A DNA stretch of 64,000 nt from Candidatus Dojkabacteria bacterium (GTDB lineage: Bacteria; Patescibacteriota; Dojkabacteria; J137): assembly GCA_040006935.1 (NCBI GenBank), contig JBDTVZ010000001.1, positions 103,772-167,771 on the forward strand. Direction: 5' to 3'. Made by a program: the position numbers and the translations under genes. The notes beneath the pieces were generated by a model. The model was not told where the DNA came from. It made no database searches and saw only the letters and a list, made by a program, of their open reading frames with translations. Positions 17,261 to 25,819 of the stretch are shown here, one piece after another. Each line of letters opens with the position of its first letter. The first letter of the stretch is position 1.

Positions 17261-18652
17261 ATGAATAAATTCAATATTTTTATTCTATATTTAATGAAAC
17301 ACAAAGGAATTATTGCAATATTCACTTTGCTAATGATAATTTTAGGCATTAGTGCAATTGCAGTAGTTTTGAGTATACGAAATAGAAATACTGATCAAAC
17401 CGTTTCTGTAGATACAACGCTTCCACAAATTCAAGTTCAAACTGCGATTAGTTATATACATAATAACCCCGACGGTTCAACAGAAATTAAATACACTTAT
17501 ACATTAAAGAATATTAGTGGAACTTATAATATAGAGTCACTTGTAGCACAGAGTGATCTAACGGCAACGTTTTCTCCTCATAGTTTTAGTATTGTCAATT
17601 TAAGTTCTGATTCACTAAACGTAAACTCAACATATAATGGAACGTCTGATCAAGAACTTCTGAATGGAAATGATACTTTAGGTATTGGCCAATCAGTTCA
17701 AATATTTTTAGTAGTCAATTTTGTTCCAGGAGATGACGTTGGTCCGTTTGAAAATAATGTCACTGCTTCTGGAGATATAACCAGGCCTGATACCAGTACT
17801 TCTAACACTTCGTCAGGTGGCAGTTCCTCAGGCGATAGTAATACAACGGGCACACCACCAGGAACTAGCACAGATGGGGGATCTGATACAGGTGGAGATG
17901 ATTCCGGATCCACTACAGAAGGTGGTGGTGGAACCACAATTGGGGAAGAACCGCCTGGAGAACCAATAAGTAGACCTCACCACGGTGGAGGTAGCCATAG
18001 TTCAACCGGAAGTACACCTCCCTCAAATTCTGGTGGAAGCTCTTCAAACGGCAGCTCAAATACAACTACAGGAGGTTCCACAAGTGGAGGAAGTCCTAAT
18101 GTAAATGGAACAGCACAAGTATCATTTACTTTGTCCGCATCTGGGGGAGCACCTATAATAACACAGCCATCATTACCAAATACTTCAGGTTCCTTAAGAT
18201 ATCAAGGATTAGGTTTTTTATATTATACTAGAGAATGGATTGATGATAATGTTTTAAAATTAGAAAGAAATAAAGTAAGAATTAATAAAATTGGAGTGGA
18301 TGCGGAAATATTAGAGGGACAAAATGAAGAAGTATTAGAGTCTGGACTTTGGAGAATGCCACAAACATCGAACCCAGAAGAAGGAGGCAACATGGTAATT
18401 GCTGGTCATAGATTCTTAAGAACTTATAGCCCTCAGACGTTTTACAAGTTAGATCAAGTTCAGGTAGGAGATGAAATAGAAGTAATATGGAATAATAAAA
18501 AGTACATTTATATAGTTAAAGAAACGAAAGAAATTCTTTCTACGGATTTGAGTATTTTAGATGATAAAAAAAATACTTTAACTTTATTCACATGTATTTC
18601 TCAAACTGACAGCTCTAAGAGATTAGTGGTGAGGGCAGAGTTAAAAGAGTAA
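17261..18652 (+). CDS. paralogous surface protein: TM, DUF11-like domain, G/S-rich linker, LPNTSG, sortase
   Basis: ATG at 17261 preferred; AGHR / TLFTC / RLVVRA; LPNTSG at 18173-18190. Confidence 0.85.
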   Translation: MNKFNIFILYLMKHKGIIAIFTLLMIILGISAIAVVLSIRNRNTDQTVSVDTTLPQIQVQTAISYIHNNPDGSTEIKYTYTLKNISGTYNIESLVAQSDLTATFSPHSFSIVNLSSDSLNVNSTYNGTSDQELLNGNDTLGIGQSVQIFLVVNFVPGDDVGPFENNVTASGDITRPDTSTSNTSSGGSSSGDSNTTGTPPGTSTDGGSDTGGDDSGSTTEGGGGTTIGEEPPGEPISRPHHGGGSHSSTGSTPPSNSGGSSSNGSSNTTTGGSTSGGSPNVNGTAQVSFTLSASGGAPIITQPSLPNTSGSLRYQGLGFLYYTREWIDDNVLKLERNKVRINKIGVDAEILEGQNEEVLESGLWRMPQTSNPEEGGNMVIAGHRFLRTYSPQTFYKLDQVQVGDEIEVIWNNKKYIYIVKETKEILSTDLSILDDKKNTLTLFTCISQTDSSKRLVVRAELKE

Positions 18653-19876
18653 CTGGAGTCTTAAAATAGCTTTCTTCACAAAATCTTGAATTTCTCTTCT
18701 TACAGTCAATTTATTTTCTAGGTTTAAATTTATATTAGAATTTACCAAATTGATAAGTTCTGTTCTGTATCGTTTTAAAAACTTATACTTTACAGAATTA
18801 ATATAAGGAATGTAATTCTTTTCGTAAATATTTGGGAAATTATTTGTATCTAAAGTTTTCGGAACTGCGATAGCAATCACTTTGAATATTCCAAAACTAG
18901 TAACTTCATGGTTCATTTTAATGGAAAATAAGGTTCCCATAATCATGTGTGGTGGAAACCCAAGTTTTACATATTCTTCCCCGTAGCAGATTGGCCAGGC
19001 AACTCCAGTTTTTTCATAGACAGTAACTTCTGAATTGATTTTATTTTGTGATCTTAAAAATGGTGAAATTCCAACATCAAAGAATACTGTGTTATTTTTC
19101 ACCGCTGAAAGTAAAGGCTCAGATTCTGCTTTTTTAACTAATCTATCAAACGCTTTAACAATATCTTTTAAGTCGCCACTATTTGCTCTAGGTTGAGTCA
19201 ATAATTTGAATCCCCCTTTATGTAGTTCCAATGTTGGAGCAAGATTAAATCCATCTAATGCTTTCTGAATTACTTCATCAGAGCCATAAATTTCTTCTAA
19301 TTTATTTCTAGCGATCTCAATGGCAGAGTTAGATGAAAGAGTTAGAGCGTTAAAACACAATTCATTTAGATCTATAGAAACTTCAGGAAAACTTTCCGCT
19401 TTCCAATTATATAAACCCACATCATTTCCTTTTAATTTTGCTCTTAATTTACTTTTTACATTTGAAATTCTATTTTTATTAAGCCAAATTATGACTTCTT
19501 TGTAATCCGGATTCTGAAGAATATGTTGATATTGCTTCCTAAAAATTAATTCTTTAACTAAATCTTTTGTTGCTTTGAATTGTTTATTCCTCTGTGTCAT
19601 TCCGACCGTGCCCGACGGCAGGCGGGACGAAGTCGAGGAACTATCAGAATTAAGTGATTTTGATAAAAGAGACATTGTAAATGGTTTTGAAGTACTAGCA
19701 AGGTTAACTATAGAGTTTTCAGTTGTCAGTTTTGAGTTATTAGAAATAACAACTCCGTCTTTCACAACAACACTTAATGTATTCCATTCATAAGTCGACC
19801 TAACATCCAATTTATAAGGATCAAATCCAGGTTTATAATTTTTGAAGAATTTTCCTAACGTTAAGTTTTTTTCCAC
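18641..19876 (-). CDS. serine beta-lactamase/PBP-like hydrolase
   Basis: SxxK (ASTSK), SxN (SSNS) and KTG (EKTG) in canonical order. Confidence 0.65.
   Translation of the reverse strand: MEKNLTLGKFFKNYKPGFDPYKLDVRSTYEWNTLSVVVKDGVVISNNSKLTTENSIVNLASTSKPFTMSLLSKSLNSDSSSTSSRLPSGTVGMTQRNKQFKATKDLVKELIFRKQYQHILQNPDYKEVIIWLNKNRISNVKSKLRAKLKGNDVGLYNWKAESFPEVSIDLNELCFNALTLSSNSAIEIARNKLEEIYGSDEVIQKALDGFNLAPTLELHKGGFKLLTQPRANSGDLKDIVKAFDRLVKKAESEPLLSAVKNNTVFFDVGISPFLRSQNKINSEVTVYEKTGVAWPICYGEEYVKLGFPPHMIMGTLFSIKMNHEVTSFGIFKVIAIAVPKTLDTNNFPNIYEKNYIPYINSVKYKFLKRYRTELINLVNSNINLNLENKLTVRREIQDFVKKAILRLQLLF
19595..19642. repeat. GTCATT-family palindrome with nested GC-rich palindrome, in frame in the hydrolase gene
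   Basis: TGTCATTCCGA-CCGTGCCCGACGGCAGGCGG-GACGAAGTCGAGGAACT; GC-rich island in an AT-rich gene. Confidence 0.7.
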
Positions 19877-19906
19877 TTCTTTTAATTTTTAATTATTAAT
19901 TGATAA

Positions 19907-22468
19907 TTAAATAAGCCCCATCTGTTCCGGATGAATCTTCTTTGGCGTTTTTGGGCCACCCTTGTTGTCATTGCGAGACTCCGTCTTGGACGGAGACGAA
20001 GCAATCCCAGAATTTTCAAATTTATTCAAAATTTCATTCGCCCTCTTAGTTACCTCCACAGGAACCCCAGCAAGTTTAGCCACATGAACACCGTAACTCT
20101 TATTCGCAGATCCGGCTTCAATTTTATGAGTGAACAAAATTTCTTCTTTTTCTTTGTCATCTACAACTTTAACATTAAAATTCTTAATGCATTTATATTG
20201 TGATTCTAAAGAAATTAATTCGTGATAATGTGTTGCAAACAAAGTTTTTGCTTTTATATGTTCTTGTAAATATTCTACTATTGACCAAGCAATTGCAACT
20301 CCATCATAAGTTGAAGTTCCTCTCCCAACCTCGTCTAAAATTATTAAACTTTGACTTGTAGCATTATTTAAGATATTAGCTGTCTCTGTCATTTCTACCA
20401 TGAAAGTAGATTCTCCTTTAGATAAATTATCTGATGCTCCAACCCGTGTAAAAATTCTATCTACTATTTGGAACTTCATTTCTTTTGCTGGAACGTAACT
20501 TCCAATTTGTGCCATGAGTGTTATTAAAGCTACTTGCCTAATATAAGTAGATTTACCGGACATGTTTGGTCCTGTCAGAATATGAATTAAAGAATCCTCA
20601 GAAAATTCTGTTGAGTTTGGAATAAATTTCTCAACTAGTCTTTCTACAACTGGATGACGACCATCAGTAATCAGTGTTGAGTTATCAGTTTTCAGATTCT
20701 CTGATTTCTGAGAACTGACGACTGATGGCTTAGTATAGTTAAACTCTCTCGCTATAAATCCAAAGTTAACAATAACATCAACTTCTGCAATTGCATTTCC
20801 AACGGCTAAAAGCATTTGAGAATAATCTGCGAGTTTATTTCTAATTTCTATAAATAACTCTTGTTCTAATTTTATTAATTTCTCTTCAGCACTTAAAATT
20901 TTAACTTCTAATTCTTTTAATTCTTGAGTTATGTATCTTTCTGCATTTGCTAAAGTTTGCTTTCGAATATAATCCTCTGGGACTTTATCTAAATGAGTTC
21001 GTGTAATTTCAATGTAATACCCAAACACATTGTTGAAAGAGATTTTCAAACTTGTAATTTTAGTTCGTTCAATTTCTCGTTTCTGAATTTCCGCAAGAAT
21101 TTGTTTTGAATTTGATCTTAAATTTCTAAGTTCATCAACCTCAGCATGATATCCTGACTTCAAAATTCCTCCATTATTAATTAAAGCAGAAGGTTCGTTA
21201 TCGATTGACTTGTCAATAAAATCAATGACTTCTTTTATTTTCTCATTTTGCAATTCTCTCATTAAAAATGAAAGTCGTGTAGGTAACTCTTCTGAAGATA
21301 ATTGATTAGAAATATTAATTATATTTATCAAACTATTTTTCAAACCAACGAGGTCTTTTGGATTTGCACCACCAACTCCAATTCTTCCAACGATTCTTTC
21401 TATATCTGCAATTCGATAAAATTTATCTCTTAATTCCGAAATCAGTTGAGGTTTATTAAAAAAGAATTCTACTGAATCATGACGTTCTTTAATCATTACC
21501 ACATTTACTAAAGGATTTAAAATCCAATTTCGTAATTTTCTTTTTCCCATTGGGTTCGTAGCTCTATTAATAATAGAGTAGAGTGTTGGAGAATCGTGTC
21601 CTGAATTTGTAAATAATAATTCCAAATTTCGAATAGTTTCGAAGTCTAACTTCATGTAATCGTTAAAAGAATAACTTTGTATTCCTCTAATGTGTTTAAT
21701 ATCTCCTTTTTGACAATCTATTAAGTAACAAATTAAAGCACCGGCTGAAGTTACAATTGCAATATCTTCAGGCTTAGAATCTTTTATGGTTGATTTCTGA
21801 TTAACATTCAAACCAAAACCTTTTAACGAGCTTACTTTAAACTGTTTTTCTAAAATGATTACTGAATCTTTTAAATCAAACAATTTATCATCTAATTTCT
21901 GTAATCTGTTACCTTGAATCTTTAATATATCTTCATACTGTGAAGCCGGGCAAATTATCTCCGAAGGATTTATTTTCTTTAGCTCATTCTTAAGTGTAAT
22001 CTCAGAATTTGTTGTAAACGACTTTAGTTCCCCAGTAGTCAAATCACAAAAAACTAACCCATAACTGATGACTGATGACTGACCACTCATGACTACTGAA
22101 GCAATGTAATTATTTTTAGAAGAGTCTAAAGAATTTTCATCAATAATAGTTCCTGGTGTAATTATTTTGGTAATACTTCTTTCTACTAATTTACCAGGCA
22201 CTGCCGCTTCCATTTGTTCTGCAATAGCGATCTTGAGGCCAGCTTCAACAAGCCTAGGCATGTAATTTGGAAGAGCATGATAAGGAATTCCTGCTAAAGG
22301 TTGCCTGTTTTCATCTTTTCCTCGGCTCGTAAGCGTAATTCCTAAAACTCTAGATACTGTTTCTGCATCTTCATCAAAGGTTTCGTAAAAATCCCCAAGA
22401 CGAAATAGGATCACTGTTCCAGGATTTTCAGATTTTATTTTTTTGAACTGCTCCTGCATTGGAGTCAT
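19907..22468 (-). CDS. mutS: DNA mismatch repair protein MutS
   Basis: TPMQ.Q...FRLGDFYE; GPNMSGKSTY; DEVGRGTST; FATHYHEL. Confidence 0.97.
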   Translation of the reverse strand: MTPMQEQFKKIKSENPGTVILFRLGDFYETFDEDAETVSRVLGITLTSRGKDENRQPLAGIPYHALPNYMPRLVEAGLKIAIAEQMEAAVPGKLVERSITKIITPGTIIDENSLDSSKNNYIASVVMSGQSSVISYGLVFCDLTTGELKSFTTNSEITLKNELKKINPSEIICPASQYEDILKIQGNRLQKLDDKLFDLKDSVIILEKQFKVSSLKGFGLNVNQKSTIKDSKPEDIAIVTSAGALICYLIDCQKGDIKHIRGIQSYSFNDYMKLDFETIRNLELLFTNSGHDSPTLYSIINRATNPMGKRKLRNWILNPLVNVVMIKERHDSVEFFFNKPQLISELRDKFYRIADIERIVGRIGVGGANPKDLVGLKNSLINIINISNQLSSEELPTRLSFLMRELQNEKIKEVIDFIDKSIDNEPSALINNGGILKSGYHAEVDELRNLRSNSKQILAEIQKREIERTKITSLKISFNNVFGYYIEITRTHLDKVPEDYIRKQTLANAERYITQELKELEVKILSAEEKLIKLEQELFIEIRNKLADYSQMLLAVGNAIAEVDVIVNFGFIAREFNYTKPSVVSSQKSENLKTDNSTLITDGRHPVVERLVEKFIPNSTEFSEDSLIHILTGPNMSGKSTYIRQVALITLMAQIGSYVPAKEMKFQIVDRIFTRVGASDNLSKGESTFMVEMTETANILNNATSQSLIILDEVGRGTSTYDGVAIAWSIVEYLQEHIKAKTLFATHYHELISLESQYKCIKNFNVKVVDDKEKEEILFTHKIEAGSANKSYGVHVAKLAGVPVEVTKRANEILNKFENSGIASSPSKTESRNDNKGGPKTPKKIHPEQMGLI
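19966..20008. repeat. GTCATTGCGAG...GAAGCAATC palindromic element in the mutS C-terminal tail
   Basis: TGTCATTGCGAG-ACTCCGTCTTGGACGGAG-ACGAAGCAATCCC; encodes GIASSPSKTESRND. Confidence 0.75.
20664..20728. repeat. inverted pair of heptamer arrays in mutS
   Basis: five TCAGnnn-type units followed by four CTGAnnn units. Confidence 0.7.
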
Positions 22469-22505
22469 AAGGAGAATTAAGAATTATAAATTAATAATTA
22501 AGAGA

Positions 22506-22739
22506 TTATTTAACTTCACGAAACTCTGCATCTTCTGCTTGAGGCTTATTATCTGATTTCTTTTGTTTAGTAACCTTCTTCGCTTTCTTAGTTCCGGAAA
22601 GTTCATCAAATAAATCCTGAAACTGTTTATATTTCAATTGTCCCTTCTCCTTCAGAACGAACAGATAATAAATAATCGCGACTGAGAATACAACAAAAAC
22701 ACCGAAACACATTAAACTTAGGAATTCGAAAATAAACAT
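22506..22739 (-). CDS. small single-TM protein
   Basis: hydrophobic N-terminus, basic tail, C-terminal AEDAEFREV. Confidence 0.7.
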   Translation of the reverse strand: MFIFEFLSLMCFGVFVVFSVAIIYYLFVLKEKGQLKYKQFQDLFDELSGTKKAKKVTKQKKSDNKPQAEDAEFREVK

Positions 22740-22867
22740 AATTTTAATTTAATATTTAATTGCCCTAAATTATACCTAATGGCAGAAGAGTTGTAATTGA
22801 ATAATTTCCTTGTGATATTTTTTGATAATAACTATAATTTCTTTGTTTAACTTCTTAAAACAGAACT

Positions 22868-23671
22868 ATGTTTAAAATAATATATAGAGCTATTGTAGAC
22901 TTTTTACTTCTAAGAGAAAGATTAGATACAATCATAAATTGGCCAAAAGTAAAAGAAACTCACCCAAATCCTTTAGTTAGAAAAGGTCAAAAGTTTTTTT
23001 CCCAATTTGATGAGGATGGAATTATTTCTGAAATTTGTAGAAGATTGAAATTAGAAAAAGGAAATTTTTTTGAAATTGGTGTAGGGGACGGAAGCGAATG
23101 TAACACTGTAAACTTACTTTTCAAAGGTTGGAGAGGCGCTTGGGCAGGAAACGAGAAATTATTCTTTAATTCAAAGGAGCAGAACCTAAAATATTTAAAT
23201 ACATTTGTAACAATGGATAATATAAGTGAAGTTCTTGGAAATGTTCAAACATTTCTAGGAGAAGGAAAATCTATCGATTTATTCTCATTAGATATTGATG
23301 GAGTTGATTATTGGATAGGAAAAGAAATATTATCTACAATTAAGCCTAAAATTGTTATTGTTGAATACAATTCTCATTTTGAGCCACCAATTGAATATAT
23401 TACTGACTATAAAGCAGATCTTGTTTGGGATAGAACAAATAGATATGGCGCTTCTTTACAAGCATGGGTAAATTTATTCGAGCCAATGGGTTATAAGTTA
23501 GTTTGTTGCAACTATACTGGTAGTAATGCATTCTTTATTCAGAATAGCGAGATGGAAGCATTTAGAGATGTTCCTACAGATATTAATGAACTATTTATGC
23601 CACCTAACTTTAAGATTGGATATTCCACAGGACATAAATTATCTGCCGAAGTTTGTGAAAAATACTCATAA
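22868..23671 (+). CDS. FkbM-like SAM-dependent methyltransferase
   Basis: FSQFDEDGII, FFEIGVGDG, DLFSLDIDGVD, IVEYN, GSNAFF. Confidence 0.7.
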   Translation: MFKIIYRAIVDFLLLRERLDTIINWPKVKETHPNPLVRKGQKFFSQFDEDGIISEICRRLKLEKGNFFEIGVGDGSECNTVNLLFKGWRGAWAGNEKLFFNSKEQNLKYLNTFVTMDNISEVLGNVQTFLGEGKSIDLFSLDIDGVDYWIGKEILSTIKPKIVIVEYNSHFEPPIEYITDYKADLVWDRTNRYGASLQAWVNLFEPMGYKLVCCNYTGSNAFFIQNSEMEAFRDVPTDINELFMPPNFKIGYSTGHKLSAEVCEKYS

Positions 23672-23676
23672 TAATT

Positions 23677-23799
23677 TGAAACTGTTTATATTTCAATTGT
23701 CCCTTCTCTTTCAGAACGAAGAGATAATATATAATTCCAACAAATAAAACAACAAAAGATACGAAACAAATTAAAGATAGAAATTCGAAAATATACATA
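23677..23799 (-). pseudogene. diverged duplicate of the 5' 123 nt of the 22506..22739 gene
   Basis: colinear with 22618-22740; first 32 nt identical; MYIFEFLSLICF vs MFIFEFLSLMCF. Confidence 0.85.
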
Positions 23800-23917
23800 T
23801 AATTTAGTTAAAACTTAAAAGCTACTAATTATAACGGATGTGTGAATATGTAACCAGAAGAGATTTTATTTACAATAAAAGTATTTGTTGCTAAAATATC
23901 CTATATTTAAATAACCT

Positions 23918-24580
23918 ATGATAAAAAACGTATTAGTTTTAATAGTATCTGTAGTAATTTTAATACTACTAGTCATTTCGTGTGCATTATCTCTAAATTA
24001 TTATAATTCTAGATCTAGGATAACCTTCACAAATAAAGATATTTCTTTAAATGACTTTAAAGAAAAGACTTATTTAACATTACCTGCAAGCGTAAAGTCA
24101 TTTAGTATTACAGAAGATAGAACTGAAAAGCATGGTATGTCAAACAGAATTGCTTTAATTAATCCTAAGTTTATAAAAATTGAGTTTGATGAAGCAGGCT
24201 ATAAAGAATTTTTAGCTACTAAAAGATTGGATGATCCTAAATATTCTACTCAATTTGCTCCACATTCAAAACTTGAGGAATTCTGTTATGTAATGCAGGA
24301 TGGAATTTTACAATATGGAGGAACTAAATATTCAGCTTATCATGGGCAAGAACTATCAATATATGCTGATAATCCTAAAGATTGTTCTTATACTTATCAA
24401 GAAATATATTTTGATGATACTTTAAAGCCAATCAGTATTGTTACTCCTGGGTTTGCTTCTACAGATACTGATGAGAACATGGTAAGCTATGGAACTTTTC
24501 AAGATTTTGATTTTAATTACTATATAAAAGTAATTAAAGGAGAAACAATTCAAGTTTTTATTTATATGGAACCTATTTAA
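23918..24580 (+). CDS. membrane-anchored hypothetical protein
   Basis: N-terminal TM, 220 aa. Confidence 0.7.
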   Translation: MIKNVLVLIVSVVILILLVISCALSLNYYNSRSRITFTNKDISLNDFKEKTYLTLPASVKSFSITEDRTEKHGMSNRIALINPKFIKIEFDEAGYKEFLATKRLDDPKYSTQFAPHSKLEEFCYVMQDGILQYGGTKYSAYHGQELSIYADNPKDCSYTYQEIYFDDTLKPISIVTPGFASTDTDENMVSYGTFQDFDFNYYIKVIKGETIQVFIYMEPI

Positions 24581-24583
24581 ACT

Positions 24584-25498
24584 ATGTTTGACTTCATTGC
24601 AGCTTGGAAAAGTGGATTTAAAGGTAAAAACGCAATTACTAATCTTATCGTTTTTGTTCTTGTAGATCCTTTTTTTATTTTAGTTGATTCAATTTTTGCA
24701 TTTCTAATTTTCAAAATTTATTATAATATCGCGCCATTAGGGAGTATCGGTTTTGCTTCTAAATTTTATAGTCCTTTTGGTTTTCATTTTCAGTTAAATA
24801 CTCCAACTCAAATTTCTGATGTTGTTACATTCTGGAATGCTTCAACTATTAATGCCGTTTTTGTTATTGTTTTGATAACAAGTTTACTGCTTATTATTTT
24901 GCTTTCAGCATTAATTAAAGGTTGGTATTTTTACGAGAATTTTAAGTCTTCATATTTCAAAACTGATAGTATGTTGGTCTTTAAAGAAAGTCCTTATAAG
25001 GTTTTAACAAAGAATATTAAGATGTTAATTATACGATTATTTTATTATATTGTTCCAATAATTATCTCACTTTGTTTAATAATAGCTTTAGGAACCTACT
25101 CAGCCTATTTATTGCAAGGCGAAGGGCAGTTAAATAATGTTTATGTTTTATCTCTAGTATTAGGTTTTTTATTCGTTTTATATTTTGTCTTCTTGTTTTT
25201 TGAAACAATGGTTGTTTCTACAGGAATTTACAAACTTATTAAGGAGAATTCTATAAAACCAGCGCTCAATATTGTTTCAGTTGTTGGTTATTCTTTAAGA
25301 AAATTCTTTCCATTATTATTGTTATTCATTCTAAATGTGATTGTTATTTTGTTTTCCAGATTTTTGAATAATTTTAATTTCATTTTGGTAGTAGGATTGA
25401 TAGTGAGTACTTTAAATGGTTATTACATGAATTTTGTTTACCCTCATATGCTTGGAAGTTTATATAGACATGCAGATAACAAAAAAGTTAAGAAATAG
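24584..25498 (+). CDS. multi-pass membrane protein
   Basis: about six hydrophobic segments. Confidence 0.7.
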   Translation: MFDFIAAWKSGFKGKNAITNLIVFVLVDPFFILVDSIFAFLIFKIYYNIAPLGSIGFASKFYSPFGFHFQLNTPTQISDVVTFWNASTINAVFVIVLITSLLLIILLSALIKGWYFYENFKSSYFKTDSMLVFKESPYKVLTKNIKMLIIRLFYYIVPIIISLCLIIALGTYSAYLLQGEGQLNNVYVLSLVLGFLFVLYFVFLFFETMVVSTGIYKLIKENSIKPALNIVSVVGYSLRKFFPLLLLFILNVIVILFSRFLNNFNFILVVGLIVSTLNGYYMNFVYPHMLGSLYRHADNKKVKK

Positions 25499-25630
25499 TA
25501 AAGTTCGTGATATAATTTCGACTATGAAAGCAATCAACTTTAATAACAATAATAATTTCAACTCCAATTAGAGGGTTATTGTTGTTAAAGCTGAAAAACA
25601 ATAATCCCAAAGTAATTTGGGATTTTTTTA

Positions 25631-25711
25631 TGTCATTGCGAGTAGTCCCGAGAATCGGGACGACGTGCAATGACAACGAAAATAGTTGTCATCCTGAGCT
25701 TGTCGAAGGAT
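25631..25711. repeat. two GTCAT-family palindromes directly upstream of tRNA-Asn
   Basis: TGTCATTGC...GTCCCGAGAATCGGGAC...GCAATGACA and GTCATCCTGAGCTTGTCGAAGGAT. Confidence 0.7.
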
Positions 25712-25713
25712 AA

Positions 25714-25785
25714 TGAGTAGTAGCTCAATGGTAGAGCAAGCCGCTGTTAACGGCAAGGTTGTAGGTTCGAGTCCTACTTACTCAG
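25714..25785 (+). tRNA. tRNA-Asn(GTT), no encoded CCA
   Basis: TGAGTAG/TTACTCA acceptor, GCTC/GAGC D-stem, CTGTTAA anticodon loop, GTAGG-TTCGAGT-CCTAC T-arm; U1-A72, G73. Confidence 0.95.
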
Positions 25786-25819
25786 TTTTAGTTAAAATTT
25801 ATAATTCTTAACTTTTTTT

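Noticed and set aside
23610-23798. Functional 62-aa protein
   Set aside because: Similarity to its paralog stops at 23677 and the remainder is antisense to the methyltransferase; treated as a gene fragment.
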